Assembly: GCA_038213495.1 (NCBI GenBank)
Contig: JBBQSY010000004.1
Location: 3,478-67,477 of the forward strand
Origin: Bacteroidales bacterium
GTDB taxonomy: Bacteria; Bacteroidota; Bacteroidia; Bacteroidales; UBA4417
Direction of reading: 5' to 3'
DNA length: 64,000 bases
Positions 1 through 7,648 of the stretch are shown here, piece by piece; positions within the stretch are counted from its first letter, which is position 1, and each line of letters opens with the position of its first letter. The notes beneath the pieces were generated by a model. It was given only the letters and a program-made list of their open reading frames with translations, searched no databases and was not told where the DNA came from. Position numbers and translations under genes: made by a program.

Positions 1-374
1 GTTGACAAATGATTGCGGAAAAGATGTGTCATTTCTGAAACAACAGTTCCCATGATACATTTCTCAAATGGACAAACCTGTTTTTCGTGCGGACAACTTA
101 TTACTTTAACCTGGCCTTCAATTGCTTCGTAAATTTGTAATAATGTAATCTGATCAGGTAGTGCATTCAGTTTAAATCCGCCTGATGGCCCACGGTTCGA
201 CAACAGAAATCCCTCTTTAACAAGCCGTTGCATGACCTTTGCAACATGATGACGCGATGAACCTGTTATGTCGGCTATTTTTTGAACATTAATAGTTTCC
301 CCGGCGCGGGCAATAAGCACCATACCATGCATGCCTATTGAGGCGGCTTCGGAGTATGAGACAATTTTGGCCAT
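1..374 (-). CDS. Rrf2 family transcriptional regulator (N-terminus complete, C-terminus cut by window edge)
   Basis: Absent from the ORF track because it runs off the 5' edge. My reverse-strand translation from the ATG (complement of 372-374) reads MAKIVSYSEAASIGMHGMVLIARAGETINVQKIADITGSSRHHVAKVMQRLVKEGFLLSNRGPSGGFKLN... with no stop to position 1. This is an Rrf2/IscR-type winged helix followed by the Cys cluster CPHEKQVCPFEKC. Confidence 0.8.
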   Translation of the reverse strand, partial: MAKIVSYSEAASIGMHGMVLIARAGETINVQKIADITGSSRHHVAKVMQRLVKEGFLLSNRGPSGGFKLNALPDQITLLQIYEAIEGQVKVISCPHEKQVCPFEKCIMGTVVSEMTHLFRNHLS

Positions 375-521
375 TCTGTTATATAAGTATTTAATTGCTC
401 AAATGTCGGTATTTTTTTTTCAGTTCATCTACTTGTTATGTAATTTGAAGCTATTCTAAATAAGCCTTCTGGAATGGTTTTTGATCAAAGCAAGCTACAC
501 CTTAATTATATATCCGGAATT

Positions 522-1127
522 ATGTCGAACAAAAAAGTATTTATTGTCCTTGCAGGTTTTGTTGCTTTTCTTACTTCCTGCGATGTGCTTAACCAGGTAA
601 CGCAGGTAAGCAATCTCACCAAATGTGAATTCAGGCTCGAGTCGGTTCAGCAATTGAATCTGGCCGGAATAAATGTACAGAATGTAAAAAAAATGTCGGA
701 CCTCACTATGTTTGATGCAGCTAAACTTGCTTCAGCAGTAGCATCCCAGCAATTCCCGCTGGATTTTACATTGAATATAGAAGCAAAAAACCCGAATACA
801 GCAACTGCGGGAATGACACGTATTGACTGGATTCTTTTAATTGATGACATTGAAATGACCCGCGGAATTCTGGATAAGCAAATTACAATACCGGCCAATA
901 ACGGAATAGCAGTTATTCCCATGCAAATGCATGTTGACCTGCAAAAAGCATTGTCTGGTAAAAGTGCTGATGCTATTCTCAACTTTGGCATGAACCTGGC
1001 AGGAACCGGCAATACACCTACCCGCTTTACGGTACAGATGAAACCTACAATTACTGTAAATGGTTTCCCGATTACCTACCCGGGTTACCTGAATGTAAAA
1101 ACCGAGTACAGTGGTCAATCAAAATAA
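522..1127 (+). CDS. hypothetical lipoprotein
   Basis: The ORF is 474..1127. The internal ATG at 522 gives MSNKKVFIVLAGFVAFLTSC, a signal peptide plus lipobox Cys. No catalytic motif recognised; a LEA-2-like fold is only a weak impression. Confidence 0.6.
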   Translation: MSNKKVFIVLAGFVAFLTSCDVLNQVTQVSNLTKCEFRLESVQQLNLAGINVQNVKKMSDLTMFDAAKLASAVASQQFPLDFTLNIEAKNPNTATAGMTRIDWILLIDDIEMTRGILDKQITIPANNGIAVIPMQMHVDLQKALSGKSADAILNFGMNLAGTGNTPTRFTVQMKPTITVNGFPITYPGYLNVKTEYSGQSK

Positions 1128-1146
1128 TTCGTTATAATCCTGTTAC

Positions 1147-1506
1147 ATGCGCTTTAAAAAAATACTTCGTTATATTGCTTTAATACTTGGTTTCCAGGCC
1201 TCTGCTTTTTTTCTGTTTTTTCTGATTGCGGAAGGAGGCGCTGATCTTATAGAAGGCAAATTCAGGGTTATTCCCATCATGCTTATGATGATTTTATCTG
1301 TTGCTGGTTTTATCTGGGCAGTACCAAAACCCTTAAAAGGGAGCCTGGTTATGATAGCCGGGGGAGCGATTATGGTCATTTACCTTATGATCCTGGGAGG
1401 TATCAGTGAAATAACAATGGCATTGATGTATGGATTACCTTTTATAATTCCCGGATTACTGTTTTATTACGCTGCTGCCGGAATTACTGTGTCAGGAAGG
1501 AAATAA
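1147..1506 (+). CDS. small integral membrane protein, unknown function
   Basis: 119 aa and almost entirely hydrophobic, with about four helix-length segments. It starts 19 bp after the upstream lipoprotein gene. Confidence 0.55.
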   Translation: MRFKKILRYIALILGFQASAFFLFFLIAEGGADLIEGKFRVIPIMLMMILSVAGFIWAVPKPLKGSLVMIAGGAIMVIYLMILGGISEITMALMYGLPFIIPGLLFYYAAAGITVSGRK

Positions 1507-1554
1507 GTCAGGCTTTTACTTATTGGGCTGCCGTGGACGGCATAACCTGACTTA
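1504..1554 (+). terminator. nested hairpin overlapping the stop codon of the membrane-protein gene
   Basis: Perfect 9-bp inverted repeat TAAGTCAGG (1504-1512) / CCTGACTTA (1546-1554). It encloses an inner 5-bp stem TGCCG (1529-1533) / CGGCA (1538-1542). No clear T-tail. Confidence 0.35.
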
Positions 1555-1946
1555 CTTATCTGAACCATTTTCTGGATGCTTTTTTTTGCTCCCAACATAC
1601 TGTGGTCAAGCAAAGAAGAGCTGAAATCGTAGTTTAATCAATATAAAGACACCTCAAAACCGACTTTGCTAAGTTCATAAAACGGTAAAAAAAATCTGAA
1701 CTTTCTATATCCTATTTCCAACTATATGTTTACTTTCACCGCTTGAAACAAGGGACGGACCTTTGTGATTTGTAGTTGGTGATTTTATAATTCAAAAGAT
1801 TTATAAATATTTTAACTACTTGTTTTACAGGTTCAAATATGGAAAATTCATGTATTTTCCGGAATTTTCAGGAATTGCAGAGCTGAGTTCCTTAAAGTGA
1901 TAAAGAAAAATCAGGAATAGATTTTCACCTTTAAATAATAATAGAA

Positions 1947-3530
1947 ATGAGTAACAGTAGTACGGCCACCACACAACCCGGAGTTAATTTTGAACTAACA
2001 GATGTGGAAGGGTTAATGAGCCGGTTCCATTACACCGATGAAACCAAAGAGATAATACGCAACGAAAATCTTCTGCCTACTGGTGTTTTAGGCAGGCTGC
2101 ATAAAACATTCCCTCAGCATTCGGGATTAAAGGAAAAGGAAGAATTCCATTTCAACGACAAAAAACAATATGTCGGAATTGATGGTTTCAGAGAAATCAC
2201 AGCTATTCTCGACGCAAACGGGATTCATATCGGGCATTACGAGGAACGTGAACTTTTTATTCATATATACAGGTTCATGGCTACAAAACATGTATTGAAT
2301 ACAATCAAATGGGCTGATTTCCAAAAGGATTCGGTTTTTCAGTTGGTATTTCCACAACCAGGAATGGTACGCCCCGATGTTGCAAAAGCGTATCTTTCGG
2401 CAACTTCAGTTGAAGAAAAGGAAAGAATTGTCAGGGATTATATGATAGAGACTAATCCGCACGACGGGAAGCAGCAACTTAATAAGCCAACATTTATCAA
2501 TTCAAAAGGGGAGACGGAAATCCTGGAAGGAAGCCAGCACAAATATCCTCAATGCCAATTGATTTTTGATTCCCAGACTCAGAACTGTTTTGCTTTTTGC
2601 AACTATTGTTTCCGTCATGCACAGGTTCGCGGCGATGAGGATATGTTCATTCAGAAAGATATTAACCAGGTTCACGAATACCTCAAAAAACACAAAGAGA
2701 TTAGTGATGTACTGATAACGGGTGGTGATGCAGGATATCTGAAAGCTGAACGGTTCGAAGAGTACATAGTGCCTATTATTGAAGATCCTGAACTTTCGCA
2801 TATTAAAACCATCCGTATTGGTACACGTGTTCTTACTTTCAATCCTGAAATGGTTCTTTTGCCTTCATATGACCGTATGCTTGGTTTATTCAGGAAATTG
2901 AACGAAAATGGCATTCAACTGGTGTTTATGTCGCATTTTTCGACCCCGCGCGAACTTATGAATCCAAGTACAATAGCAGCCACACGCAGGCTGAAAGCCC
3001 ATGGGGTAACTTTAAAAAGTCAGAGTCCCATCATGAATCACATAAGTCTTTTTACTTATGATAACGGGCAGGTTGACATTGACCGTTCGGCACAAAACTG
3101 GATTGACCTTGGCAACCTGTTTGCCATGTTAGGTATTGGATTTCACTCCATGTATTGTGCCCGCCCAACGGGTGAACACCATTATTTCACACAACCGCTT
3201 GCCCAGATAAACAAAGTTTTCAGTAAAGTGTACCGCTCCCTGGCATCAATTAACAGACCGTCGAGGTATATTACCATGACTTCTTCGGCGGGTAAAATTT
3301 CGATGTTGGGTGAAGTTGAGCTTAACGGGGAAAAATTGTTTGCATTGAAGTTCAATGAATCCCGTAATATGGAATGGATGGACAAAGTATACCTGGCGAA
3401 ATACGACGAAACCCAGAATACTATTGCAAACCTGGTTCCATTTGGAACTGAAAAATACTTCTACGAAGATGAATTGGATGAAATCGAAAACAAATTGCAT
3501 TCCTCCATTGAATCGACCCGCATTAAATAG
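1947..3530 (+). CDS. KamA-family radical SAM / PLP 2,3-aminomutase homologue (substrate unknown)
   Basis: CFAFCNYC is the CxxxCxxC radical-SAM motif. The surrounding blocks align by eye to lysine 2,3-aminomutase: GSQHKYPQCQLIF..., LITGGDAG, IRIGTRV, MSHFSTPRE and SSAGK at the position of the PLP-lysine GGGGK block. Confidence 0.8.
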   Translation: MSNSSTATTQPGVNFELTDVEGLMSRFHYTDETKEIIRNENLLPTGVLGRLHKTFPQHSGLKEKEEFHFNDKKQYVGIDGFREITAILDANGIHIGHYEERELFIHIYRFMATKHVLNTIKWADFQKDSVFQLVFPQPGMVRPDVAKAYLSATSVEEKERIVRDYMIETNPHDGKQQLNKPTFINSKGETEILEGSQHKYPQCQLIFDSQTQNCFAFCNYCFRHAQVRGDEDMFIQKDINQVHEYLKKHKEISDVLITGGDAGYLKAERFEEYIVPIIEDPELSHIKTIRIGTRVLTFNPEMVLLPSYDRMLGLFRKLNENGIQLVFMSHFSTPRELMNPSTIAATRRLKAHGVTLKSQSPIMNHISLFTYDNGQVDIDRSAQNWIDLGNLFAMLGIGFHSMYCARPTGEHHYFTQPLAQINKVFSKVYRSLASINRPSRYITMTSSAGKISMLGEVELNGEKLFALKFNESRNMEWMDKVYLAKYDETQNTIANLVPFGTEKYFYEDELDEIENKLHSSIESTRIK

Positions 3531-3548
3531 CAGCAAGTTACTGTACAG

Positions 3549-4265
3549 ATGATAAATAAAATAGTTAATTCTGCCCGTGAAGCAGTTGCCGGTATCTCTG
3601 ATGGATCGTCCATACTCATAGGCGGGTTTGGTGAAGCCGGAAGCCCTATTGAACTCATACACGCTTTGATCGATCACGGTGCGAAGGACTTAACCGTCAT
3701 CAGCAATAATACAGGTAACGGTCATATCGGCCTTGCAGCGCTCATAGAAAACAGGCAGGTAAAAAAAATGGTTTGTTCTTTCCCACGCACAGCCAATTCT
3801 ATTGTTTTCCCGGAACTTTTCCGCAAAAGGGAAATCGAGCTCGAACTGGTTCCACAGGGCACCCTGGCAGAACGTATCAGGGCTGGTGGTGCTGGTATTC
3901 CGGCTTTTTACACACCCACTTCTGTTAATACCCCCCTTGCTGAGAATAAAGAAGTCAGGGCTTTCGATGGGAAATCCTTCGTGATGGAATATGGCATTAA
4001 GGCTGATTTCGCATTGGTAAAATGCAAAGTGGCTGACAGGTATGGAAACCTGCTTTATTACAAAACTGCCCGTAATTTTGGTCCGGTAATGTGTATGGCT
4101 GCGCGGACAACAATTGTTCAAACAAGCCAGCTTGTGGAATTGGGGGAAATTGATCCTGAAATTGTGATCACCCCCGGCATATTTGTAAACAAGGTTGTTC
4201 TGATAGAAGAACCAATAAGCGAGAATCAACTGATACGTGAGAACAGGAGGTATCCATGGGTATAA
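3549..4265 (+). CDS. 3-oxoacid CoA-transferase subunit A
   Basis: Blocks MINKIV...GGFGEAGSPIELI...VISNN...CSFPR...PQGTLAERIRAGGAGIPAFYTPT resemble ScoA/PcaI-type alpha subunits as I recall them. It starts 18 bp after the aminomutase gene. Confidence 0.88.
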   Translation: MINKIVNSAREAVAGISDGSSILIGGFGEAGSPIELIHALIDHGAKDLTVISNNTGNGHIGLAALIENRQVKKMVCSFPRTANSIVFPELFRKREIELELVPQGTLAERIRAGGAGIPAFYTPTSVNTPLAENKEVRAFDGKSFVMEYGIKADFALVKCKVADRYGNLLYYKTARNFGPVMCMAARTTIVQTSQLVELGEIDPEIVITPGIFVNKVVLIEEPISENQLIRENRRYPWV

Positions 4266-4909
4266 CAGAAGTAAAAGGCTGGAATAAAGAACAGATAGCT
4301 CAGAAAATAGCTTCAGATATTCCGGATGGTTCGTATGTAAACCTGGGTATCGGGTTACCTGAACTGGTTGCCAATTTTATTCCGGTTGACACTGAAGTTA
4401 TTTTTCACACTGAAAATGGATTGCTGGGCGTAGGGCCGTCGCCGTCGAAAGAAATGGAAGACGATGAGCTTATTAATGCAGGTAAGAAACCGGTAACAGC
4501 AATAAAAGGAGCCAGTTTTTTTCATCATGCCGACAGCTTTGCCATGGTGCGCGGCGGACATATAGATATTTGTGTGCTTGGAGCTTTTCAGGTTTCCGAA
4601 ACGGGTGATCTGGCTAACTGGTCCACCGGGGAAGCGAATGCTATTCCTGCCGTTGGAGGTGCTATGGACCTGGTACAGGGAGTAAAAACCATTGTTATCT
4701 TTACTCAGCATACAACTAAAAACGGAGAACCCAAAATCGTAAAGGCATGTACTTATCCGTTAACAGGTAAAAGCGTTGTGAGTTTTATTTATACCGATTA
4801 TGCTATTATTGACGTTAAACCTGAAGGCTTATTTGTACGTGAAATGGCTCCCGGTATCGACTTAGATTTCCTCAAAGCATGTACTGAAGCTGAATTGCAT
4901 TTATATTAA
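4256..4909 (+). CDS. 3-oxoacid CoA-transferase subunit B
   Basis: FHTENGLLG carries the (S/T)ENG catalytic-glutamate motif of family I CoA-transferase beta subunits. It overlaps subunit A by 10 bp. Confidence 0.88.
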   Translation: MGITEVKGWNKEQIAQKIASDIPDGSYVNLGIGLPELVANFIPVDTEVIFHTENGLLGVGPSPSKEMEDDELINAGKKPVTAIKGASFFHHADSFAMVRGGHIDICVLGAFQVSETGDLANWSTGEANAIPAVGGAMDLVQGVKTIVIFTQHTTKNGEPKIVKACTYPLTGKSVVSFIYTDYAIIDVKPEGLFVREMAPGIDLDFLKACTEAELHLY

Positions 4910-4929
4910 ACAAATTCTACTCAAAAATT

Positions 4930-6270
4930 ATGTCGTATACAAAATTTCCGGAAGGAAAAGAAAAGAACGAGGAGCAGCTACATGCGATGGCATGCGAGGT
5001 TTTACCAGGTGGAATAAGTCGCAATGTCATTTTTCGTAAACCACATCCTTATTATGTTTCCGAAGCTTCCGGAGCTTATGTTACGGATATTCATGGGGTA
5101 AAACGCGTTGATTTTGCAAATAATATTGCTTCGCTTATCCATGGCCATGCACATCCTAAAATTGTTGAAGCCGTATGTGAACAAATCAGGAAGGGTACTG
5201 CTTATACCCTGGGCACTGAAGTGGAAATTGAGCATGCCCGGCTTTTGTGCGACAGAGTTCCCGGATTTGATAAAATACGTTTCGTGAATTCAGGTACCGA
5301 AGCTGTTATGGCAATGATCAAAACCGCGAGGGCTTTTACCGGTAAATCTAAGATTGCAAAAGCCGAAGGAGGATATCACGGCAGTTTCGATACGGCCGAA
5401 GTGAGCCAGAGCTCAAGCCCTGCCACATGGGGTAATATCGACCATCCCAATAGTGTTCCTCATGTAAAAGGAACTCCTCAGGCTGTTCTTGATAATGTAG
5501 TAATTTATCCATACAACGACGTTGAGCGAACCATAAACATACTTAATGAGCATGCCGGTGAAATTGCCTGCGTACTCATCGATCCGGTCCCTCACCGCAT
5601 CGGAATGGTTCAGGCAAGTGAAGAGTTTGTTGAAGCGGTTTATAACTGGACCCGGGAAAACAATGCCTTGTTGTGTTTCGATGAGGTTATCTGTTTCAGG
5701 GTTGGGTATGAAGGAGCACAATCGAGTTATAAGGTTAAACCTGATCTTACTTCATTAGGTAAAATTATAGGAGGAGGATTCCCTGTAGGTGCTTTTGCCG
5801 GAAGGCAGGATATCATGAATATTCTGGATCCAGGAGGCAGCGATTTCAGATTTGCACTTTCCGGTACGTTCTCGGCAAACCCGGTTTCGATGATTGCCGG
5901 TAAGGTTGCAATGGAAATGTTCGATCGTGAAGCTGTGAAAAAAATAAACCAGGTTTCACAAACAGCTATCAGTCAGATTTATGAAGCAGGCAAACTGGCC
6001 GGAATTCCTCTAAGTATAACAGGAAAAGGATCCATGTTCAAGGTGCATTTCAGGGAAACTCCGCCGGTTACTTATCGCGATTGCTACGAAGACGCCGGAG
6101 TTAAGAGTATAATGAATCGTTTCCTCGATTCTATGTACGAAGAAGGTGTAATTATGATCAACTCGTGTTCGAGTGTTGTATCTACAGTAATTACTCAAAA
6201 AGAGGTTGATATACTTAGCGAGGCCATGCTGAAAAGTTTCAGGGTTATTAAACCATATCTTAATCATTAA
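4930..6270 (+). CDS. class-III (GSA-aminomutase-like) PLP aminotransferase
   Basis: SGTEAVM, GGYHGSFD, FDEVICFRVGYEGAQ and PDLTSLGKIIGGGFPVGAFAGR (PLP-lysine in LGK) are the HemL-like class-III signature. Confidence 0.85.
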   Translation: MSYTKFPEGKEKNEEQLHAMACEVLPGGISRNVIFRKPHPYYVSEASGAYVTDIHGVKRVDFANNIASLIHGHAHPKIVEAVCEQIRKGTAYTLGTEVEIEHARLLCDRVPGFDKIRFVNSGTEAVMAMIKTARAFTGKSKIAKAEGGYHGSFDTAEVSQSSSPATWGNIDHPNSVPHVKGTPQAVLDNVVIYPYNDVERTINILNEHAGEIACVLIDPVPHRIGMVQASEEFVEAVYNWTRENNALLCFDEVICFRVGYEGAQSSYKVKPDLTSLGKIIGGGFPVGAFAGRQDIMNILDPGGSDFRFALSGTFSANPVSMIAGKVAMEMFDREAVKKINQVSQTAISQIYEAGKLAGIPLSITGKGSMFKVHFRETPPVTYRDCYEDAGVKSIMNRFLDSMYEEGVIMINSCSSVVSTVITQKEVDILSEAMLKSFRVIKPYLNH

Positions 6271-6279
6271 AATTGATTT

Positions 6280-7482
6280 ATGAATGAAGTTTTTATTTGC
6301 GACGCTATACGTACTCCCATCGGCAGGTATGCGGGAACTTTGTCTTCGGTACGAACCGATGACCTGGCTGCCAAACCGATCCGGGCTTTACTTGAACGCA
6401 ATCCGGGGATCAGGGCTGCAGATATTGATGATGTAATTCTTGGATGTGCCAACCAGGCAGGCGAAGATAACCGGAATGTAGCCAGAATGGCTTTACTGCT
6501 GGCAGGTTTGCCAGACTCGGTTTCAGGAATGACTGTGAACCGCTTGTGCGGTTCCGGAATGGAAGCTGTTGGTGCAGCCGCAAGAGCGATAAAAAGCGGT
6601 GAATTGCAACTGGTATTTGCAGGAGGCGTCGAAAGCATGTCGAGAGCTCCTTTCGTTATGGCAAAAGCGACTGAGCCTTTTGCCCGCCAGGCTGAAATAT
6701 ATGATACAACTATTGGATGGCGCTTTATAAACAGGAAACTCCAGCAGCTTTACGGGGCTGATTCAATGATCGAAACTGCTGAAAACCTGGCAGAAGAGTA
6801 TAAAATCAGTCGCGAAGACCAGGACTTGTTCGCATACCGGAGCCAGTTAAAAGCAAAACAAGCTCAGGAGAACGGATGGTTTGACAAGGAAATTTTGCCT
6901 GTTGATGTTCAACTTTCCAAATCCGAGTCAGTCAGGTTTGAGCGCGATGAACATCCCCGTTTATCTGCACCCGAAAAGCTCGCGACATTAAAAGTTATTT
7001 CGAGGCCCGGAGGCACAGTAACTGCAGGCAATGCTTCAGGTGTAAATGATGGTGCAGCCGCTCTTATCATTGCTTCCGAAGCTGCTGTAAAAGCATACAA
7101 TCTGAAGCCACTGGCAAGGATTTTGGGTATGCAAAGTGCAGGCGTGCCACCACGGATTATGGGCATAGGGCCTGTGCCGGCAACCAATAAATTATTGGCT
7201 TTAACAGGGCTTACACTCGATCAGTTTGATATTATTGAACTTAATGAGGCCTTTGCAGCCCAATCGCTTGCATGTACCAGGATGCTGAAAATTGCCGACA
7301 ACGATCCGCGACTGAATCCGCAGGGGGGAGCAATTGCACTGGGTCATCCGCTGGGGATGAGTGGTGCCCGCCTTATAACAACGGCCGTTCATCAGCTTCA
7401 ACGTAATAAACTCAACAAGGCCCTATGTACCATGTGTATCGGGGTTGGACAAGGTATTGCAATGGCCATCGAAAGGGTTTGA
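6280..7482 (+). CDS. acetyl-CoA C-acyltransferase (thiolase), PaaJ/PcaF-like
   Basis: NRLCGSGMEA holds the nucleophilic Cys. NEAFAAQ, GHPLGMSGARL and CIGVGQGIA are thiolase signatures. The N-terminus EVFICDAIRTPIGRYAGTLSSVRTDDLAA...ILGCANQAGEDNRNVARMA closely resembles 3-oxoadipyl-CoA thiolases as I recall them. Confidence 0.9.
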   Translation: MNEVFICDAIRTPIGRYAGTLSSVRTDDLAAKPIRALLERNPGIRAADIDDVILGCANQAGEDNRNVARMALLLAGLPDSVSGMTVNRLCGSGMEAVGAAARAIKSGELQLVFAGGVESMSRAPFVMAKATEPFARQAEIYDTTIGWRFINRKLQQLYGADSMIETAENLAEEYKISREDQDLFAYRSQLKAKQAQENGWFDKEILPVDVQLSKSESVRFERDEHPRLSAPEKLATLKVISRPGGTVTAGNASGVNDGAAALIIASEAAVKAYNLKPLARILGMQSAGVPPRIMGIGPVPATNKLLALTGLTLDQFDIIELNEAFAAQSLACTRMLKIADNDPRLNPQGGAIALGHPLGMSGARLITTAVHQLQRNKLNKALCTMCIGVGQGIAMAIERV

Positions 7483-7616
7483 TATAGACTTCTTCCATAG
7501 AACCTCTGGGTCCTTAAATTCCATCCTAAAACACTTTTTTGTGATTTATACTGCAAGTCTGAGTAGACGCGATTTGCAGAGTCTATCTTTGGGCACTCTC
7601 CTTTTTTTTATTTTCT

Positions 7617-7624
7617 TAACTTTG
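7617..7624 (+). promoter_or_regulatory. candidate Bacteroidota -7 box (TAACTTTG) upstream of the nucleotidyltransferase gene
   Basis: Matches TAnnTTTG and lies 25 nt before the ATG at 7649. The nearest upstream TTTG (7588-7591) is spaced 25 nt away, longer than the usual ~19-21 nt. Confidence 0.3.
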
Positions 7625-7648
7625 CAGGTCAAAATTGTAACCTAAGGT

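Noticed and set aside
1507-1946. Possible lysine (or other amino-acid) riboswitch upstream of the aminomutase operon. The same question was asked for dapA.
   Set aside because: I could not recognise the conserved lysine-riboswitch core or any extended GC-supported multi-stem structure by eye. dapA has no leader because it follows the upstream gene by 4 bp. A covariance-model scan would be decisive.
1947-7482. Interpretation as a standard lysine-fermentation cluster.
   Set aside because: KamDE (beta-lysine 5,6-aminomutase), Kdd, Kce and Kal are absent from the operon and from the whole window. It is kept as the main alternative hypothesis, to be tested on the full genome.
7445-7645. 66-aa ORF overlapping the thiolase 3' end and the following intergenic region.
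   Set aside because: It starts inside the thiolase gene in another frame and runs through a candidate promoter region. There is no motif support.
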